From NCBI RefSeq assembly GCF_963921235.1, contig NC_086108.1, positions 104,162,001 to 104,226,000 of the forward strand: a DNA stretch of 64,000 nt, read 5' to 3'. Position numbers and translations under genes: made by a program. This stretch comes from Mobula hypostoma. Taxonomy: Eukaryota. Below are positions 26,233-39,865 of the stretch, piece after piece. The notes below the pieces were generated by a model. That model had not been told where the DNA came from, did no database searches, and worked only from the letters and a program-made list of their open reading frames with translations. Position 1 is the first letter of the stretch. Each line of letters begins with the position of its first letter.

Positions 26233-26384
26233 CTGCAACCATGGTTGAGGTTGGGAAGGACAAGAAAAATCCTGATGAATTTGCAGTGGCACTCGATGAA
26301 GCCCTGGGCGACTTTGCGTTTCCAGATGAGTTTGTCTTTGATATCTGGGGCGCCATAGGTGACGCAAAGAAGGGAAGACTTTAG
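26233..26384 (+). CDS. GIPC2: GIPC last coding exon, GH2 domain: (A)ATMVEVGKDKKNPDEFAVALDEALGDFAFPDEFVFDIWGAIGDAKKGRL*
   Basis: Acceptor ctttcttttcAG (26231-26232), phase 1, TAG stop at 26382-26384. NPDEFAVALDE is GIPC2-like. Confidence 0.95.
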
Positions 26385-28425
26385 TGCCAACATTTCGATA
26401 GGAATTGATAGGCAGTATTTTGAAGCTCTTCATTGATAGTTCCTTTTTAAAAAAAAAAATGCCAAATGGACTTTGTTGCCTGAGTGGAATGAGCACATTT
26501 TTAAATTGTGTTCAATTTGTCCAGTAACTTCTCAGGCCATCACAAGACCATCCAATAAAACACAGACCACCCTCATCCCTACCCACTACTTTTCCATGTT
26601 GGAGTAGAGGACAATCTTGCCTTACTAATCATTCACTCCCCACTATTGATGAATATATCACTTCTGTTTTTCTCTGGTTTCCACTAGAGAGCAGCACTAC
26701 ATGCCAATGTTAAGTGGACTGAGCCCCATACGAGCTCACCCTTCCCACTATTAAGGGTCTACAGAAGGTGCAGCACTTGTAACCTCAGTGACTATATATC
26801 ACTGGGCAAAGTGTTTTTAAAAAAAAAAAAAAAATTGAGAACGATTTAGTTCAAATAACAAGTACAGTTTCAAACATTGCTCTTTCTGTGAATAATGAGA
26901 GTATTTAACATTTATGTCACCAAAGTTAATTTTGGCAATAGCATTCATTCCAAATTGTAAATGGTGTTGGACCAAAGATTTTCTAAGAGTATTTGTACAC
27001 TCCTCTCAATCCAATGGGTTTTTTTCTATAATTTTAGTCATTTGGACATAATGTATTTTCAATCAAAATATAAGGAATTACAAACCAACAAATGTTTTTA
27101 TAACTACAGCCTTGTTTTATAATTTACAAAGTCTTAAAATGATTTACCATGGTGTGCCTAATGATGTTGCACTGTATTTTAGCTAAATTGTTTGCTAATT
27201 CTGTTTGGATCTTTGGTACCAGGACAGCCGATTAATCATATATTTGATAGGACTTGTATTTTAATAATCTAGTAACTGAAATTTATTCAATTAGTCTGTA
27301 AATACACATTGCCTATTGACTTATCTGAATGTAGATTGGAATTTAATTATGGTGGTTTAGGTTGTCACTAGTTGGGATGATACCCTCGCCTAGAATGCCA
27401 GCCTCCAACGCTCACTAATTCAACAGCACTTCCTGAATCATCAGTGACGCAGGATGGGTTGATTATCAGCCAAGACTCCTAATCAAAATAATTTTTGTGT
27501 AATCCTTTAGTGAGTCAAACAGTATAACTTTTTCCACCCACTGCTTGGAACAGGTTCTTTTCACTTTAGTGTGGTATGTACTGGATATAATTAATGAGAT
27601 TGCATCATGCATTGGATGTCTATAATCTTCAACATCTTGTTTATTTATTTAAGCTCTTTGTTCTACATCCAGATGGATTTGTGTTGTTATTACTATATTT
27701 TTCAACGGGGTATTGATTCTCATTCCATTTTATATTGCTATAACTCTACATTTGTTTAAAATGAATCAGTTACCTCAAACGGTTCTGGACGAGCATCCAG
27801 ACTTGATCTCCATGGGTCCATACACATAATTTGGTCTTGGGTGTGTGATTTTCTGGAGTGGCCCATCCTCCATCACTGTGCTCCATGTTACATACCTGGA
27901 CAGCCCAGGTATATGTTCAGGTGTGGTTCAGTACTGATGTGCTAGATATACTGTAGGCTTAGCATGTGTTACATGCAGAAATATAATTGTATAAACATCC
28001 CGATGCATCAAAAGCTGTTGATGCTTGTAAGTTTGTCCACCAATGAGACATCAATTCCACCAAAGCTCTTTCAAATTCGGACCAAACAGATTCAGAAATG
28101 GGAATATCAATCAGCTTGGAGGCTGGCAGTGATCTAAATGTGCCTGTTTTAACTTTATGGGACTAGCTTTGTCTCCAAGCACAACTGACTTTCTTCTGCA
28201 CTTTCAATCAAAGGGAAAATAACTCCTCCCAGTAAAAATGACTCTTTGAGCATTGGTCTATTGAGCATGCACAGTCATACTGGACTTCACTAAGTTTATG
28301 ATGACTACTTTACCTAAAGCAGTGCTTCGGTATTGAACTACTGAAAACACAATGATTTACACTACATCATGTTAAAATGCCTTCTGTAAAGATTTTTTTC
28401 TATTAAAGTTTTTTTTTCACAAACA
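26385..28425 (+). other. Putative GIPC 3' UTR
   Basis: ~2 kb AU-rich stretch after the stop codon with no recognisable transposon, unlike its surroundings. Ends near ATTAAA (28402-28407). Confidence 0.6.
28402..28407 (+). terminator. Candidate polyadenylation signal ATTAAA (proximal alternative AATAAA at 26554-26559)
   Basis: ATTAAA is followed by CA dinucleotides and a U/GU-rich tract (tgtgtcaatttgcttttcttgt), near the end of the repeat-poor region. Confidence 0.45.
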
Positions 28426-29559
28426 CTGTGTCAATTTGCTTTTCTTGTCCTGCATGGAAAAAAAATTGAGTATTTTACACTAATAATTAGCACATCTTTT
28501 GGTCATACCTCCAATGACTGACAAAATATTTATTTAGCTATACCAGCAATGTATTTTGTTAGCCACATCCTTGCTTTTAAGAATGGTGCTTAGCATATAC
28601 AAATATTGCAACTGCTGGCCAATCATACTGGTTTCTGGACACAATAGAACAAACAAATCAGGTGCCACAACAGTGAAACAGAGGTACTCATGGGCATTGT
28701 CTACTATTGTTCTCAACCAAGTTGGAATTTATTATAGAAACCAAATATTGGCACATTCCACTCACCTTTCTGTACTTTTCATTTCTAGACGATGAATAAT
28801 GTAACCAATATCAGGTTTATTATCACTGACAGCAGTACAGTGCAATACATAAAAATTACTACGTTCCAAAAATAGTGCAAAAGGCTATCAATGAGGTAAT
28901 GTTCATGGACTGTTCAGAAATCTGATGGCGTGGGGATGAAGCTGCCCCGACGAAGGATCTTCGCCTGGAATGTCGACTGTTAACTCTTTTCCATAGCTGC
29001 TGCCTGGCCTACTGCATTCCTCCAGCATTTTGGATTTCCGGCAGATGCTGATTTTTCTCGTGTCTGTTAAAGTGTTGAGTGAGGGTCCTTGTGCTTTTGG
29101 GTGGTTGTATTTTACTGAAATCTTGTGTATTCGCTATCCTCTGTGTTTGCGAGGGCTAGGTCTCAAGTCATGCTGTCACCTGTTTACAGCCACCAGGAGA
29201 GAGGCATTGGAGGTGCGGTGCTTCATCAGGGGCCGTGTGGCGTGGAATCCAGGCTGGAGTCAGTTCTGTCCTCTTTTCTTTCTAACTTCCACCCCCCACC
29301 CCACAGTCTGTGCTTGGCAGAAGGTAAGCTGTAATGTGGTCAACCTGCAGATTTCTGCAGCATTCATGGCTCGGGTCTGGACTTTTTTTTTGTGTGTGGC
29401 TGTATCTTACTGATATCTTTATGAGCTGTGTGTGCTTTGTGCTATGTGATTGTCGGTGCTGTGTTTTGCACCTTAGCCTTGGGGTAATGCTGTCTTGTTT
29501 GGCTGTATTCATGGGTATTCATGTAGGGTTGAATGACAATTAAAATTGAATTGATGATG

Positions 29560-30230
29560 GTAGCATGAAGAGGGAATGTTCCAGATGCTGAGGGTCCATA
29601 ATAGATGCTACCACCTCGAGGCATCACCTCTTGAAGATGTCCTCAGTGGTGGGGAGGGATGTGCCCATGATGGAACTGGCTGGGTCTACAACCCTCTGCG
29701 GTCTCTCCATTCCAGGCTGTGATGCAGCCAGTCAGAATGCTCTCCAGTGTACATCTATAAAAATTTGCAAAGTTCTTTGATATATTAAATCCCCTCAAAC
29801 GCTTCATGAAGAAAAGCAACTAACAAGCAATTGTGGTTACATTAATGTGTTGGGGCCAAAGTAGACCACCTTGAGATATTAATGCCCAAGAACTTGAAAT
29901 TGCTCACCCTTTTCACCTCTGACCCCTCTGAGGACTGATATGTGTGTTCTCCCATCTCCCTTCCTCAAAATCCACAATCAATTCCTTGGTCTTGGTGACA
30001 TTGAGCACAAAGGTGTTGTTGCAACACCATTCAATCAGCCAGTATATCTCCCTCCTGTGCTCTTTCTCAATGCCATCTGAGATTCTGCAACAAGTTGTGT
30101 CATTGCTGAATTCATAGATGGTGTTCGAGCTGTGCATAGCCACACAGCCATGAGTAGAGAGTAGAGCAGTGGGCTAAGCATCTCAAATCATTAAGGTGCA
30201 TCCGTGTTGACTGTCAGCGAGGAGCTGTCA
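29560..30230 (-). mobile_element. Rex1/Babar-like LINE fragment
   Basis: FSNDTT...[21 protein letters not shown] on the minus strand. Confidence 0.8.
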
Positions 30231-30419
30231 TTACTGAAAGGTGTATAGAGGACTGGCTTCTGGACCGACGTGGATGGCTTCGCTTGCCTTAGTACTGAAC
30301 CGACTCCACAGCCTGTGGACACACTTCAGGGACTCCGCCTTCATTAAGTATGGGCTTTTGTGGATTTCTTTGTATTTCTTTATTTTCCTGTGGGTGCCAT
30401 CCCATCTCCTATACTCCAT

Positions 30420-33400
30420 ACATTGATTTATGAAGGCTTAAGTGCAAAAAGCTTTCTTTATGACCCTATCTACTTGTGACACCACTTTCAACGAATTATA
30501 GACCTGTATTCCCAGATCCCTTTGTTCTACCATACTGGTCAGTGCTCTACCATTCACTGTTTGAGACCTACCCTGGTTGGTCCTACTGAAGTGTACACCT
30601 CACATTTGTCTGCAGTAAATTCCATCTGCCATTTTTCCAGCTGATGCAGATCTCTCTGCGAGCCATGATAGCCTTCCTCGCTGTCCACAACACCCTCAAT
30701 CTTGGAGTTATCTGAAAATTTGCTAATACAGTTAACTGCATTATCATCCAGATCTTTGATATAGATGACAAACAACAAAGGACTAGTACTGATCCCTGTG
30801 GCACATCACAAGTCATAGATCTCAGGTCAGAGAGGCAACCATCTATTACCACTCTCTGGCTTCTCCCACAGTCACTGTCTGATCCAACTTAGACCTTCAC
30901 CTTGAATGCCGAGTGACTGAACCTTTTTAAACAACCTCCTATGCAGGACCTTGTCAAATCCCTTGCTAAACTCCATGTAGACATTACCCACAGTCTTGCC
31001 TTCATCCACTTCCCTGGTATCTTTCTTGAAAAACTCTTCAAGATTGGGTAGACATGACCTACCATGTAGGAAGCCATGCTGCCTATCCTTAATCAGTCCG
31101 TGTCTATCCAAGTACTTGTATATCTGGTCCCTTAGAATACCTTCCAATAACTTTCCCACAACTGATGTCAGACTTTGTCCTATAATTTCCTGGTTTGTGT
31201 TTAGAGCCTTTCTTAAACAGTGGAACAACATAGGCTATCCTCCAGTCCTCTGCTACCTCTCCTATTGCTAATGATTTTTAAAATATCTCTGCTCGGGCAC
31301 TGGCAATTTATGCACTTGCCTCCCATAGGGATGGAGGGAACATCTCAGGCATGGGGATTTATCCACCCTGATTTGCCAGCAAACACCTCTGTATTCTGTA
31401 CAGGTCCATGAAGTTGATGCCTCACTTCTATAGACTCTATCTGCATCCCAAGTAAATGCAGATACAGTGAATGCATTTAAGATCTTCCCCATCTGTTTTG
31501 ACTCCATACCTGGATTACCATCTTGGTCTTCTAGAGGACCAATTTTGTCCCTTGCAAACCTTTTTGCTCTTAACATATCCATAGAATCCCTTGGGATTCT
31601 CCTTCACCTTGTTTGTTAGAGCAACTCTGTGCCATCTTTTAGCCTTCCTGGTGTCTTCCTTAAGTGTTCTCTTGCATTTATTTTACGCTCTGAGCACCTC
31701 ATTTGTTCCCCCCGTCTCTTCTTGCTGTGCACCTCTTTTTTTAAATCTCTGAACGAGGGCCTCTATCTCTTGAAAACCAAGGTTCCCCACACCTGTTATC
31801 TTTACCTTTTACTCTGACATGCACGTACAAGCTTTGTATTCTCAAAATTTTGCTTTTTGGAGACCTTCCACTTACCAAGCACACCTTTGCCTAAAAACAG
31901 CCTGTTTTTAGGATGTTGTTGCCGAACAGCATCCACACTTGCTAGCTAATTTCTGATGTCATTAAAATTGGCCTTTCTCCAATTTAGAATCTCAGCCCGC
32001 AGGCCAGACCTATCTTTTTGCATATTTACTTTAAAATGAATGGTATCATGGTCATAGATGCAAGGGGTTCCCCTACACAAACTTCTGTCACCTGTCTCAT
32101 TACCCAATAGATCCAGTATTGTACACTAACTCATTGGGACTTCTATGTACTGATTAATGAAACTTTCCTGAACACATTTTTCAAACTCTATCCCATCTAG
32201 TCCTTTGACAGTATGGGAGTCCCAATTAATATGCAGAAAAATTAAAATCACCTACTATAACAGCCTTGTGTTTCTTGCAAAAGTCTGTGATCACTGTATA
32301 AATTTGTTCCTCTAAATCCCTCGGACTGATGGGTGGGGGTCTGTAATATAGCCCCATTAATGTGAGCATACCTTTCTTGTAACTCAGTTCCGCCTATAAT
32401 GTCTCACTAGACGAGTTCTCCAGTTAGTCCTGATGAAGCACTGCCGTGACATTTTCCCTGACTAGTAACGTCACCCCTTTTCCTTTAATCCCTCCCACTC
32501 TATCACTTCTAAAACAATGGAACCCCAGAATATTGAGCTGCCAATCCTGCTTCACTTGCAACCAAGTTTCGCTAGTGGCTACAACATCATTATTCCAGGT
32601 ATTGATCCATGCCCAGAGCTCATCTGTCTTTCCTACAATACTACTTGCATTGAAATATATGCAGCTCAAGACATTAGTCGCGTCGTGCTCAGCCTTTTGA
32701 TCTTTGACTTTGTCTTGAGGTCTTACTAACATCTGTCTCTACAACCTCTCCACTAACTGTTCTGGCCATCTCTGGTTCTCATCCCCTTGCAACTCTAGTT
32801 TAAATACTACCATGCAGCATTAGCAAATCTTCTTGCTAGGATATTAGTTCCCTTTTGTTCAGGTGCAAACCATCTCTCCTATACAGGTCCCACCTTCCCT
32901 GGAAGAGAGCCCAATGATCCAACAATCTTATGCCCTCCCTTGTACACCATCTCCTTAGTCACGTGTTAAATTGTATAAATCCTCCTATTTCTGGCCTCAC
33001 TTACACATGGCACAGGTAACAATCCTGAGATCACAACCATGAAGGCCCTGTCCTTTAACTTAGCACCAAACTCCCTGAACTACATTCGCAGAATCTCAGC
33101 ACAGGTCCTACCCATGTTATTGGTACCTACATGGACCAGGACCTTTGGCAGTTCGCTCTCCTATTTGAGAATTCTGAGATGAACCTGTACCTGGCACCCG
33201 GGAGGTAACATACTATCTGGGAATTTCGTTCTCACCTACAGAGCCTCCTGTCCGTTCCCCTAACTAATGAATTCCCTATTATCACAGCTCACCTCTTCTC
33301 TCCTTCCCTTCTGAGTCACAGAGCCAGACTCAGTGCCAGAGACCCGACTGCTGTGACTTTCCTCTGCTAGGTTAATACTCGCAACAGTTTCCAACCTGTT

Positions 33401-33595
33401 GCTGAGAGGGATGGCCAGAGGGGTACTCTGCACTGGCTCTTTAACCCCTTTCCCCTTCCTGACTGTCACTCAGTTTCCTGAATCCTGCACCTTGGGTGTA
33501 ACTGCTGCTCTCTATGTCCTATTTATTACCCCTTCAGCCTCCTGAATGATCCAGAATTCATCCAGGTCCATTTCCAACTCCTTAATGCAGTTTGT
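30420..33595 (-). mobile_element. Long decayed CR1 LINE (ORF1 esterase region, APE, RT) with internal deletions
   Basis: Minus-strand peptides VTVRKGK..PLSN, CIYFNASSI..DVVATSETWL, SLTSVVGKLLE..QHGF..RSC and VPQGSVL..KFSDNSK. Confidence 0.88.
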
Positions 33596-34643
33596 TATTA
33601 TTACCATCCAATTATTACCATCAGGGAGGAGGTACAGGAACCTGAAGTCACGCCCTCAACAATTTAGGAACAGCTTTTTTTCCCCTCTGTGATCAGATTT
33701 CTGATTGGTCCATGAACATTAACTATTTTTTTAATATATTCGTATTGTATGGGGAGAAGGCAGGAGATTGGGGCTGAGGGGGCAAATGGATCAACCAGAG
33801 CAGACTAATGGGCTATGAACCAGAGTTACTGTACTCCTCGGGCAGTAGTGTTAGCTATGAGCGACGGTTGACATTTTATTGGTTGCATAAGTCAGAATGG
33901 TCAAAGTTTAACCGTGCTTGGCTAACTTATCCCAAGACATGGAGGGGCACTAGGTATTATGGAGATATGCAAAGCATCTGGATTCCTGCTTCTGGTGCTT
34001 TTCAATGACGTGTAACTGAAAAGTGTGCGTAAGTGAGCATTAATGGAGATGAATACAGTACTTGGCCTCGATGGTCGTTCATTACCTCTTGAGGATCACC
34101 AAAGTACAATTATTGCTTAAGCGTGCTTAATTCTCATGCAATTGCACCGTGCCATGCAGACTCATTTCTAAATGGCTGAAAAAACTTTGACAAAAATAAA
34201 GCCATGGCTAACTTCAAAAGATGTTGAATTTCTTCATTACTTAGTTCCAGAAAACTTGCAAATACTTTGTGGAACTATTCCAGGATGGGAAAAAAAACAT
34301 CTGAGATTTTTGGTTGGACGATATCTTCAATGTGCAAAGTGGAGTAATTAAATGTGAAGTGATGCCTGAATAACATGCAAACTTCAATCATGTACTTGTG
34401 TTTGCTGTAAATCCTGATCTCCATACTTACTCTGCTGCCCTTGTATGCAGAACTACACAGCATGCTAAACAGCTTCTAAAAATCACCCACAATGGAAGCT
34501 TTCTTAAGGGTTTTTCATGAGATTTCCTTACTTCTGAAACTACAGTGAGTTAAGTAAAATACATATTAAATTTAATACAGAATCACTGTAAGCCTGAATA
34601 TATTAATACTGTCAATTATTCTCACAACAGTATTAGTCTGTGT

Positions 34644-34953
34644 GGGCACGTGGCCAAGTGGTTAAGGCATTGGACTAGCGACCTGAAGGTCGTGAGTTCG
34701 AGCCCGAGCCGAGGGAACGTGTTGTGTCCTTGAGCAAGGCACTTAATCACACATTGCTGTGCGACGACACTGGTGCCAAGCTGTATGGGTCCTAATGCCC
34801 TTCCCTTGGACAACATTGGTGTCGTGGAGAGGGGAGACTTGCAGCATAGGCAACTGCTGGTCTTCCATACAACCTTGCCCAGGCCTGCGCCCTGGAGAGT
34901 GAAGACTTTCCAGGCGCAGATCCAGGGTCTCTTAAGACTAGTGGATGCCTTTA
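34644..34953 (+). mobile_element. tRNA-derived SINE
   Basis: Pol III A box TGGCCAAGTGG and B box GAGTTCGAGCC, then a non-tRNA body beginning gtgtccttgagcaaggcactt. Possible ttagtct flanking repeat. The acceptor stem does not pair, so this is not a tRNA. Confidence 0.8.
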
Positions 34954-35419
34954 CTCGTGTTAGTCTAGGTAATACATGAGTGCAACACTAAATAACTACA
35001 TAGTGTAATCAAGAGTAATCTCGTGGCGTAACGATAAACTTAAAGATCTTGCGGTTTAAGATGGTGCTTGTGAAGCTCAGTGGCTATTTATCAGTCACAA
35101 ACAAAGGAAACAACTGAATACTTTTCTGGTAAATAATCTCTACAAATAATAGCCTTTAACTTCCTTTTGGATTTGGACGTGATTCGATGTGGCAGAACCA
35201 AGGCGAGGCAAAGCAGTGGCCCCATCACCGAGAGTCAGGGAAGACCCAAGGTTCGATTGATTTAAGTGCTGGGCCGAATTGGAAAGGTTAAGCACAGGCC
35301 CCAGAATGTATCGAAGTGACAAAACCCAGTGTTTGGATGATGGTTTAAGTGCAGGTCCGGATGGAAAAGGTCAGGGTGTCGGGACGGGCAAGAGCCAGAA
35401 TGGTTCAGCTCATAGAAGA

Positions 35420-36512
35420 TGCCCATAAGATAAGGATGCATAGAGTTGGGGTGATGTTAGCATGGATAGAGGAGTGGTTGACTAATAAAATGCAGACAGT
35501 TGGGATACATGGGTGTTACCCTGGTTGGCAATCAGTGGTGAGCGGTGTACCACAGGGGTTGGTGCTGGGCCCACAACTGTTCACAATAGACATTAATGAC
35601 TGGAAGAGAGAATTGAGTGCAGTGTATCCAAGTCTGATGATACGAAATTGAGTGGAAAAGCAAATTGTGCAGAAGATATGGAGAGTCCATGGAGAGATAT
35701 AGATAGGTTAAGTGAATGTGCAATGATCTGACCAATGGAGTATGATGTTGGTAAATGTGAGGTCATCCACTTTGGAAGGAAAAATGAAAGCAGATTATTA
35801 TTTAATTGGTTAAAAATATTGCAGCATGCTGCTGTGCAGAGGGACTTGGGAGTGCTTGTGCATGAATCAGGTGCAGCAGGCTATCAAGAAGGCAAATGGA
35901 ATCTTGGCCTTCATTGCTAGAGGGATTGTACTTAAGAGCAGGTGATGCCGCACCTGGAGTACTGCGTGCAGTTCTGGTCTCCTTACTTGAGGAAGTATAT
36001 ACTGGCTTTGCAGATGGTGCAGAGAAAATTCACCAGGTTGATTCCAGAGATGAGGGGGTTAGACTATGAGGAGAGAGTGAGTCCCCTGGGACTGTACTCG
36101 CTGGACTTCAGAAGAATGAGAGGAAATTTTATTGAAACATAAAATTATGAAAGGAATAGATAAGATAGAAGCAGGAAAGTTATTTCCACTGGTGGAAGAT
36201 ACTAGAACTAGGGTACATTGCCTCAAGATTCGGGGGAGTAGATTTAGGATGGAGATGAGGAGGAACTGCTTTTCCCAGAGAGTGGTGAATCTGTGGAATT
36301 CTCTGCCCAATGAAGCAGTGGAGGATATCTCAGTAAATATATTTTAAGACAAGGTTGGATAGATTTTTGCATTATAGGGAAATTAAAGGTTATGGGGAAA
36401 AGGCAGTGAGGTGGAGATGAGTCCATGGTCAGATCAGCCATGATCTTATTGAGTGGCGGAGCAGGTTTGATGGGTCAGATGGCCTACTCCTCCTATTTCT
36501 TATTTTCTTATG
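35420..36512 (+). mobile_element. CR1 LINE 3' portion
   Basis: SGVPQGLVLGPQLF, PHLEYCVQFWSPYLRK and RNCFSQRVVNLWNSLP, ending in a ttcttat tail. Confidence 0.9.
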
Positions 36513-36654
36513 AGGCACTGAGATAGTGCTGGTGGAGAAAGAATCATTAAAAGCGATTGTTAGTGAAGGAAACAGTGGAATTGAAAGGGAATGGAAATCA
36601 GCAGTTTGAAATAACCCAAATGTCATGCATACACATATTGGAAAGCTAGGCAGC

Positions 36655-39600
36655 TGGAATGCTGCATAGTTTGTTGCCTTCTGGGTGCCGGGGTCTGGGA
36701 TGTCTCTGACCGGGTGCACGACATCCTGGTATGAGAGGGAAAGCAACCAGAAGTCGTGATACATGTTGGTACCAACAACATAGGCTGGAAGCGGGATGAG
36801 GTCCTGAAGTGTGAGTTTTGGGGACTAGGCAGAAGGCCGAAGAACAGGACCTCAAGGGTGGTGTTCTCAGGATTGCTGCCAGTGCTACGTGACAGTGATG
36901 GTAAGAATTGGAGGAGATGGCAGTTGAATGTGTGGCTGAGGAGTGGGTGCAGGGAGCAGGGTTTTAGATTTTTGGATCATTGGGATCTCTTCTGGGGAGG
37001 GTGGGACCTGTACAGATTGGATGGGTTGTACCTGAATTCGAGGAGGAGCAATATCCTTGCAGGTAGGTTTGCTAGCATGGTTCGGGAGGGTTTAAACTAA
37101 TTTGCAAGGGGTATGGAACCCGGTGCGATAGAGCAGTGGAAGAAGTGCATGGAGTAAAGCCAGATCTAACATATAAAGAGGCTTTGAGGAAAGAGAAGCA
37201 GAATAAAGGGTGTAAAGGTAGTAAGGTAGAAGGGCTAAAGTGCATGTACTTCGATGCAAGAAGCATCAGGAACAAAGGTGATGAACTGAAAGCTTGAATA
37301 CATACATGGAATTATGAAGTAGTGGCCATTACAGAGACCTGGCTGGCACCAGGGCAGGAATGGATTCTCAATATTCCTGCATTTCAGTGTTTTAAAAGGA
37401 ATGGGGGGGGGGGAGGAGGGGTGGCATTACTGGTCAGGGATACTAATACAGCTACAGAAAGGGTGGGTAACGTAGCAGGATCCTCTTTTAAGTCAGTATG
37501 GGTGGAAGTCAGGAACAGGAAGGGAGCATTTACTCTATTGGGAGTATTCTATAGGCCCCCTGGTAGCAGCAGAGATACCAAGGAACAGATGAGGAGGCAG
37601 ATTTTGGAAAGGTGTAAAAATAACAGGGTTGTTATCATGGGTGACTTTAATTTCCCTAATATTGATGGGGCAGAGTTTGTTAAGTGTGTCCAGGATGGAT
37701 TCCTGTCACAGTATGTGGACAGGCCGACTAGGGGGAATGCCATACTAGATCTAGTACTAGGTAATGAACCGGGTCAGGTCACAGATCTCTCAGTGGGTGA
37801 GCATCTGGGGGACAGTGACCACTGCTCCCTGGCCTTTAGCATTATCATGGAAAAGGATAGAATCAGAGGGGACAGGAAAATTTTTAATTGGGGAAGGGCA
37901 AATTATGAGGCTATAAAGCTAGAACTTGCGGGTGTGAATTGGGATAATGTTTTTGCAGGGAAATGTACTATGGACATGTGGTCGATGTTTAATGATCTCT
38001 TGCAAGCCGTTAGGGATGAATTTGTCCCAGTAAGGAAGATAAAGAATGGTAGGGTGAAGGAACCATGGGTGACAAATGAGGTGGAAAATCTAGTCAGGTG
38101 GAAGAAGGCAGCATACATGAGGTTTAGGAAGCAAAGATCAGATGGGTCTATTGAGGAATATAGGGTAGCAAGAAAGGAGCTTAAGAAGGGGCTGAGAAGA
38201 GCAAGAAGGAAAACCCCAAGGCATTCTTCAATTATGTGAAGAACAAAAGGATGACAGGAGTGAAGGTAGGACCGTTTAGAGATAAAGGTGGGAAGATGTG
38301 CCTGGAGGCTGTGGAAGTAAGCGATGTCCTCAATGAGTACTTCTCTTCAGTATTCACCAATGAGAGGGAACTTGATGGTGAGGACAATATGAGTGAGGTT
38401 GATGTTCTGGAGCATGTTGATATTAAGGGAGAGGAGGTGTTGGAGTTGTTAAAATACATTAGGATGGATAAGTCTCCGAGACCTGGCGGAATATTCCCCA
38501 GGCTGCTCCACGAGGCGAGAGAAGAGATTGCTGAGCCTCTGGCTATGATCTTTATGTCCTCGTTGTCCACGGGAATGGTACCGGAGGATTGGAGGGAGGC
38601 AAATGTTGTCCCCTTGTTCAAAAAAAGCAGTAGGGATAGTTCGGGTAATTATAGACCAGTGAGCCTTACGTCTGTGGTGGGAAAGCTGTTGGAAAAGATT
38701 CTTAGAGATAGGATCTATAGGCATTTAGAGAATCCTGGTCTGATAAGGGACAGTCAGCATGGCTTTGTGAAGGGCAGATCATGTTTAACAAGCCTGATAG
38801 AGTCCTTTGAGGAGGTGACCAGGCATATAAATGAGGGTAGTGCAGTGGATGTGATCTACATGGATTTTAGTAAGGCATTTGACAAGGTTCCTGACAGTAG
38901 GCTATTTAGGAAGTCAGAAGGCATGGGATCCAGGGAAGTTTGACCAGGTAGATTCAGAATTGGCTTGCCTGTAGAAGGCAGAGGGTTGGAGGATTGTGAC
39001 TAGTGGTGTCCCACAAGGATCGGTTCTGGGACCTCTACTTTTCGTGATTTTTATTAACGACCTGGATGTAGGGGTAGAAGAGTGTGTTGGCAAGTTTGCA
39101 GACGACACAAAGGTAGGTGGTATTGTGGATCGTGTAGAGGATTGTCGAAGATTGCAGAGAGACATTGGTAGGATGCAGAATTGGGCTGAGAAGTGGCAAA
39201 TGGAGTTCAACCGGGAGAAGTGTGAAGTGGTACGCTTTGGAAAGACAAAATCCAAGGAAGGGTACAAAGTAAATGGCAGGATACTTGGTAGTGTGGAGGA
39301 GCAGAGGGATCTTGGGGTACATGTCCACAGATACCTGAAAGTTGCCTCACAGGTGGATAGGGTAGTTATGAAAGCTTATGGGGTGTTAGCTTTCATAAGT
39401 CGAGGGATAGAGTTTAAGAGTTGTGAGGTAATGATGCAGCTCTATAAAACTCTGGTTAGGCCACACTTGAAGTACTGCATCCAGTTCTGGTTGCCTCACT
39501 ATAGGAAGGATGCGGAAGCATTGGAAAGGGTACAGAGGAGATTTACCAGGATGCTGCCTGGTTTAGAGAGTATGCATTATGATTAGAGATTAAGGGAGCT

Positions 39601-39865
39601 AGGGCTTTTCCCTTTGGAGAGAAGGCGGATGAGAGGAGACATGATAGAGGTATACAAAATATTGAGAGGAATAGATAGTGGACTGCCAGCACCTCTTCCC
39701 CAGGGCACCTCTGCTCAATACAAGAGGACATGGCTTTAAGGTAAGGGGTGGGAAGTTCAAGGGGGATATTAGAGGAAGGTTTTTTACTCAGAGAATGGTT
39801 GGTGCGTGGAATACACTGCCTGAGTCAGTGGTGGAGGCAGATACACTAGTGAAATTTAAGACTAT
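36655..39865 (+). mobile_element. 5'-truncated CR1 LINE: ORF1 SGNH-esterase C-terminus plus frameshifted ORF2 (APE, RT)
   Basis: ORFs 36756-37100 (HVGTNN, DGLYLN), 37322-38239 (AITETWL, YRPP, GDFN, LDLVL, SDH), 38236-38943 (NYRPVSLTS, DFSKAFD) and 38996-39586 (GVPQGSVLGP, KFADDTK). Confidence 0.93.

Noticed and set aside
34644..34716. tRNA gene
   Set aside because: A and B boxes are present, but the acceptor stem cannot pair and the sequence continues into a SINE body.
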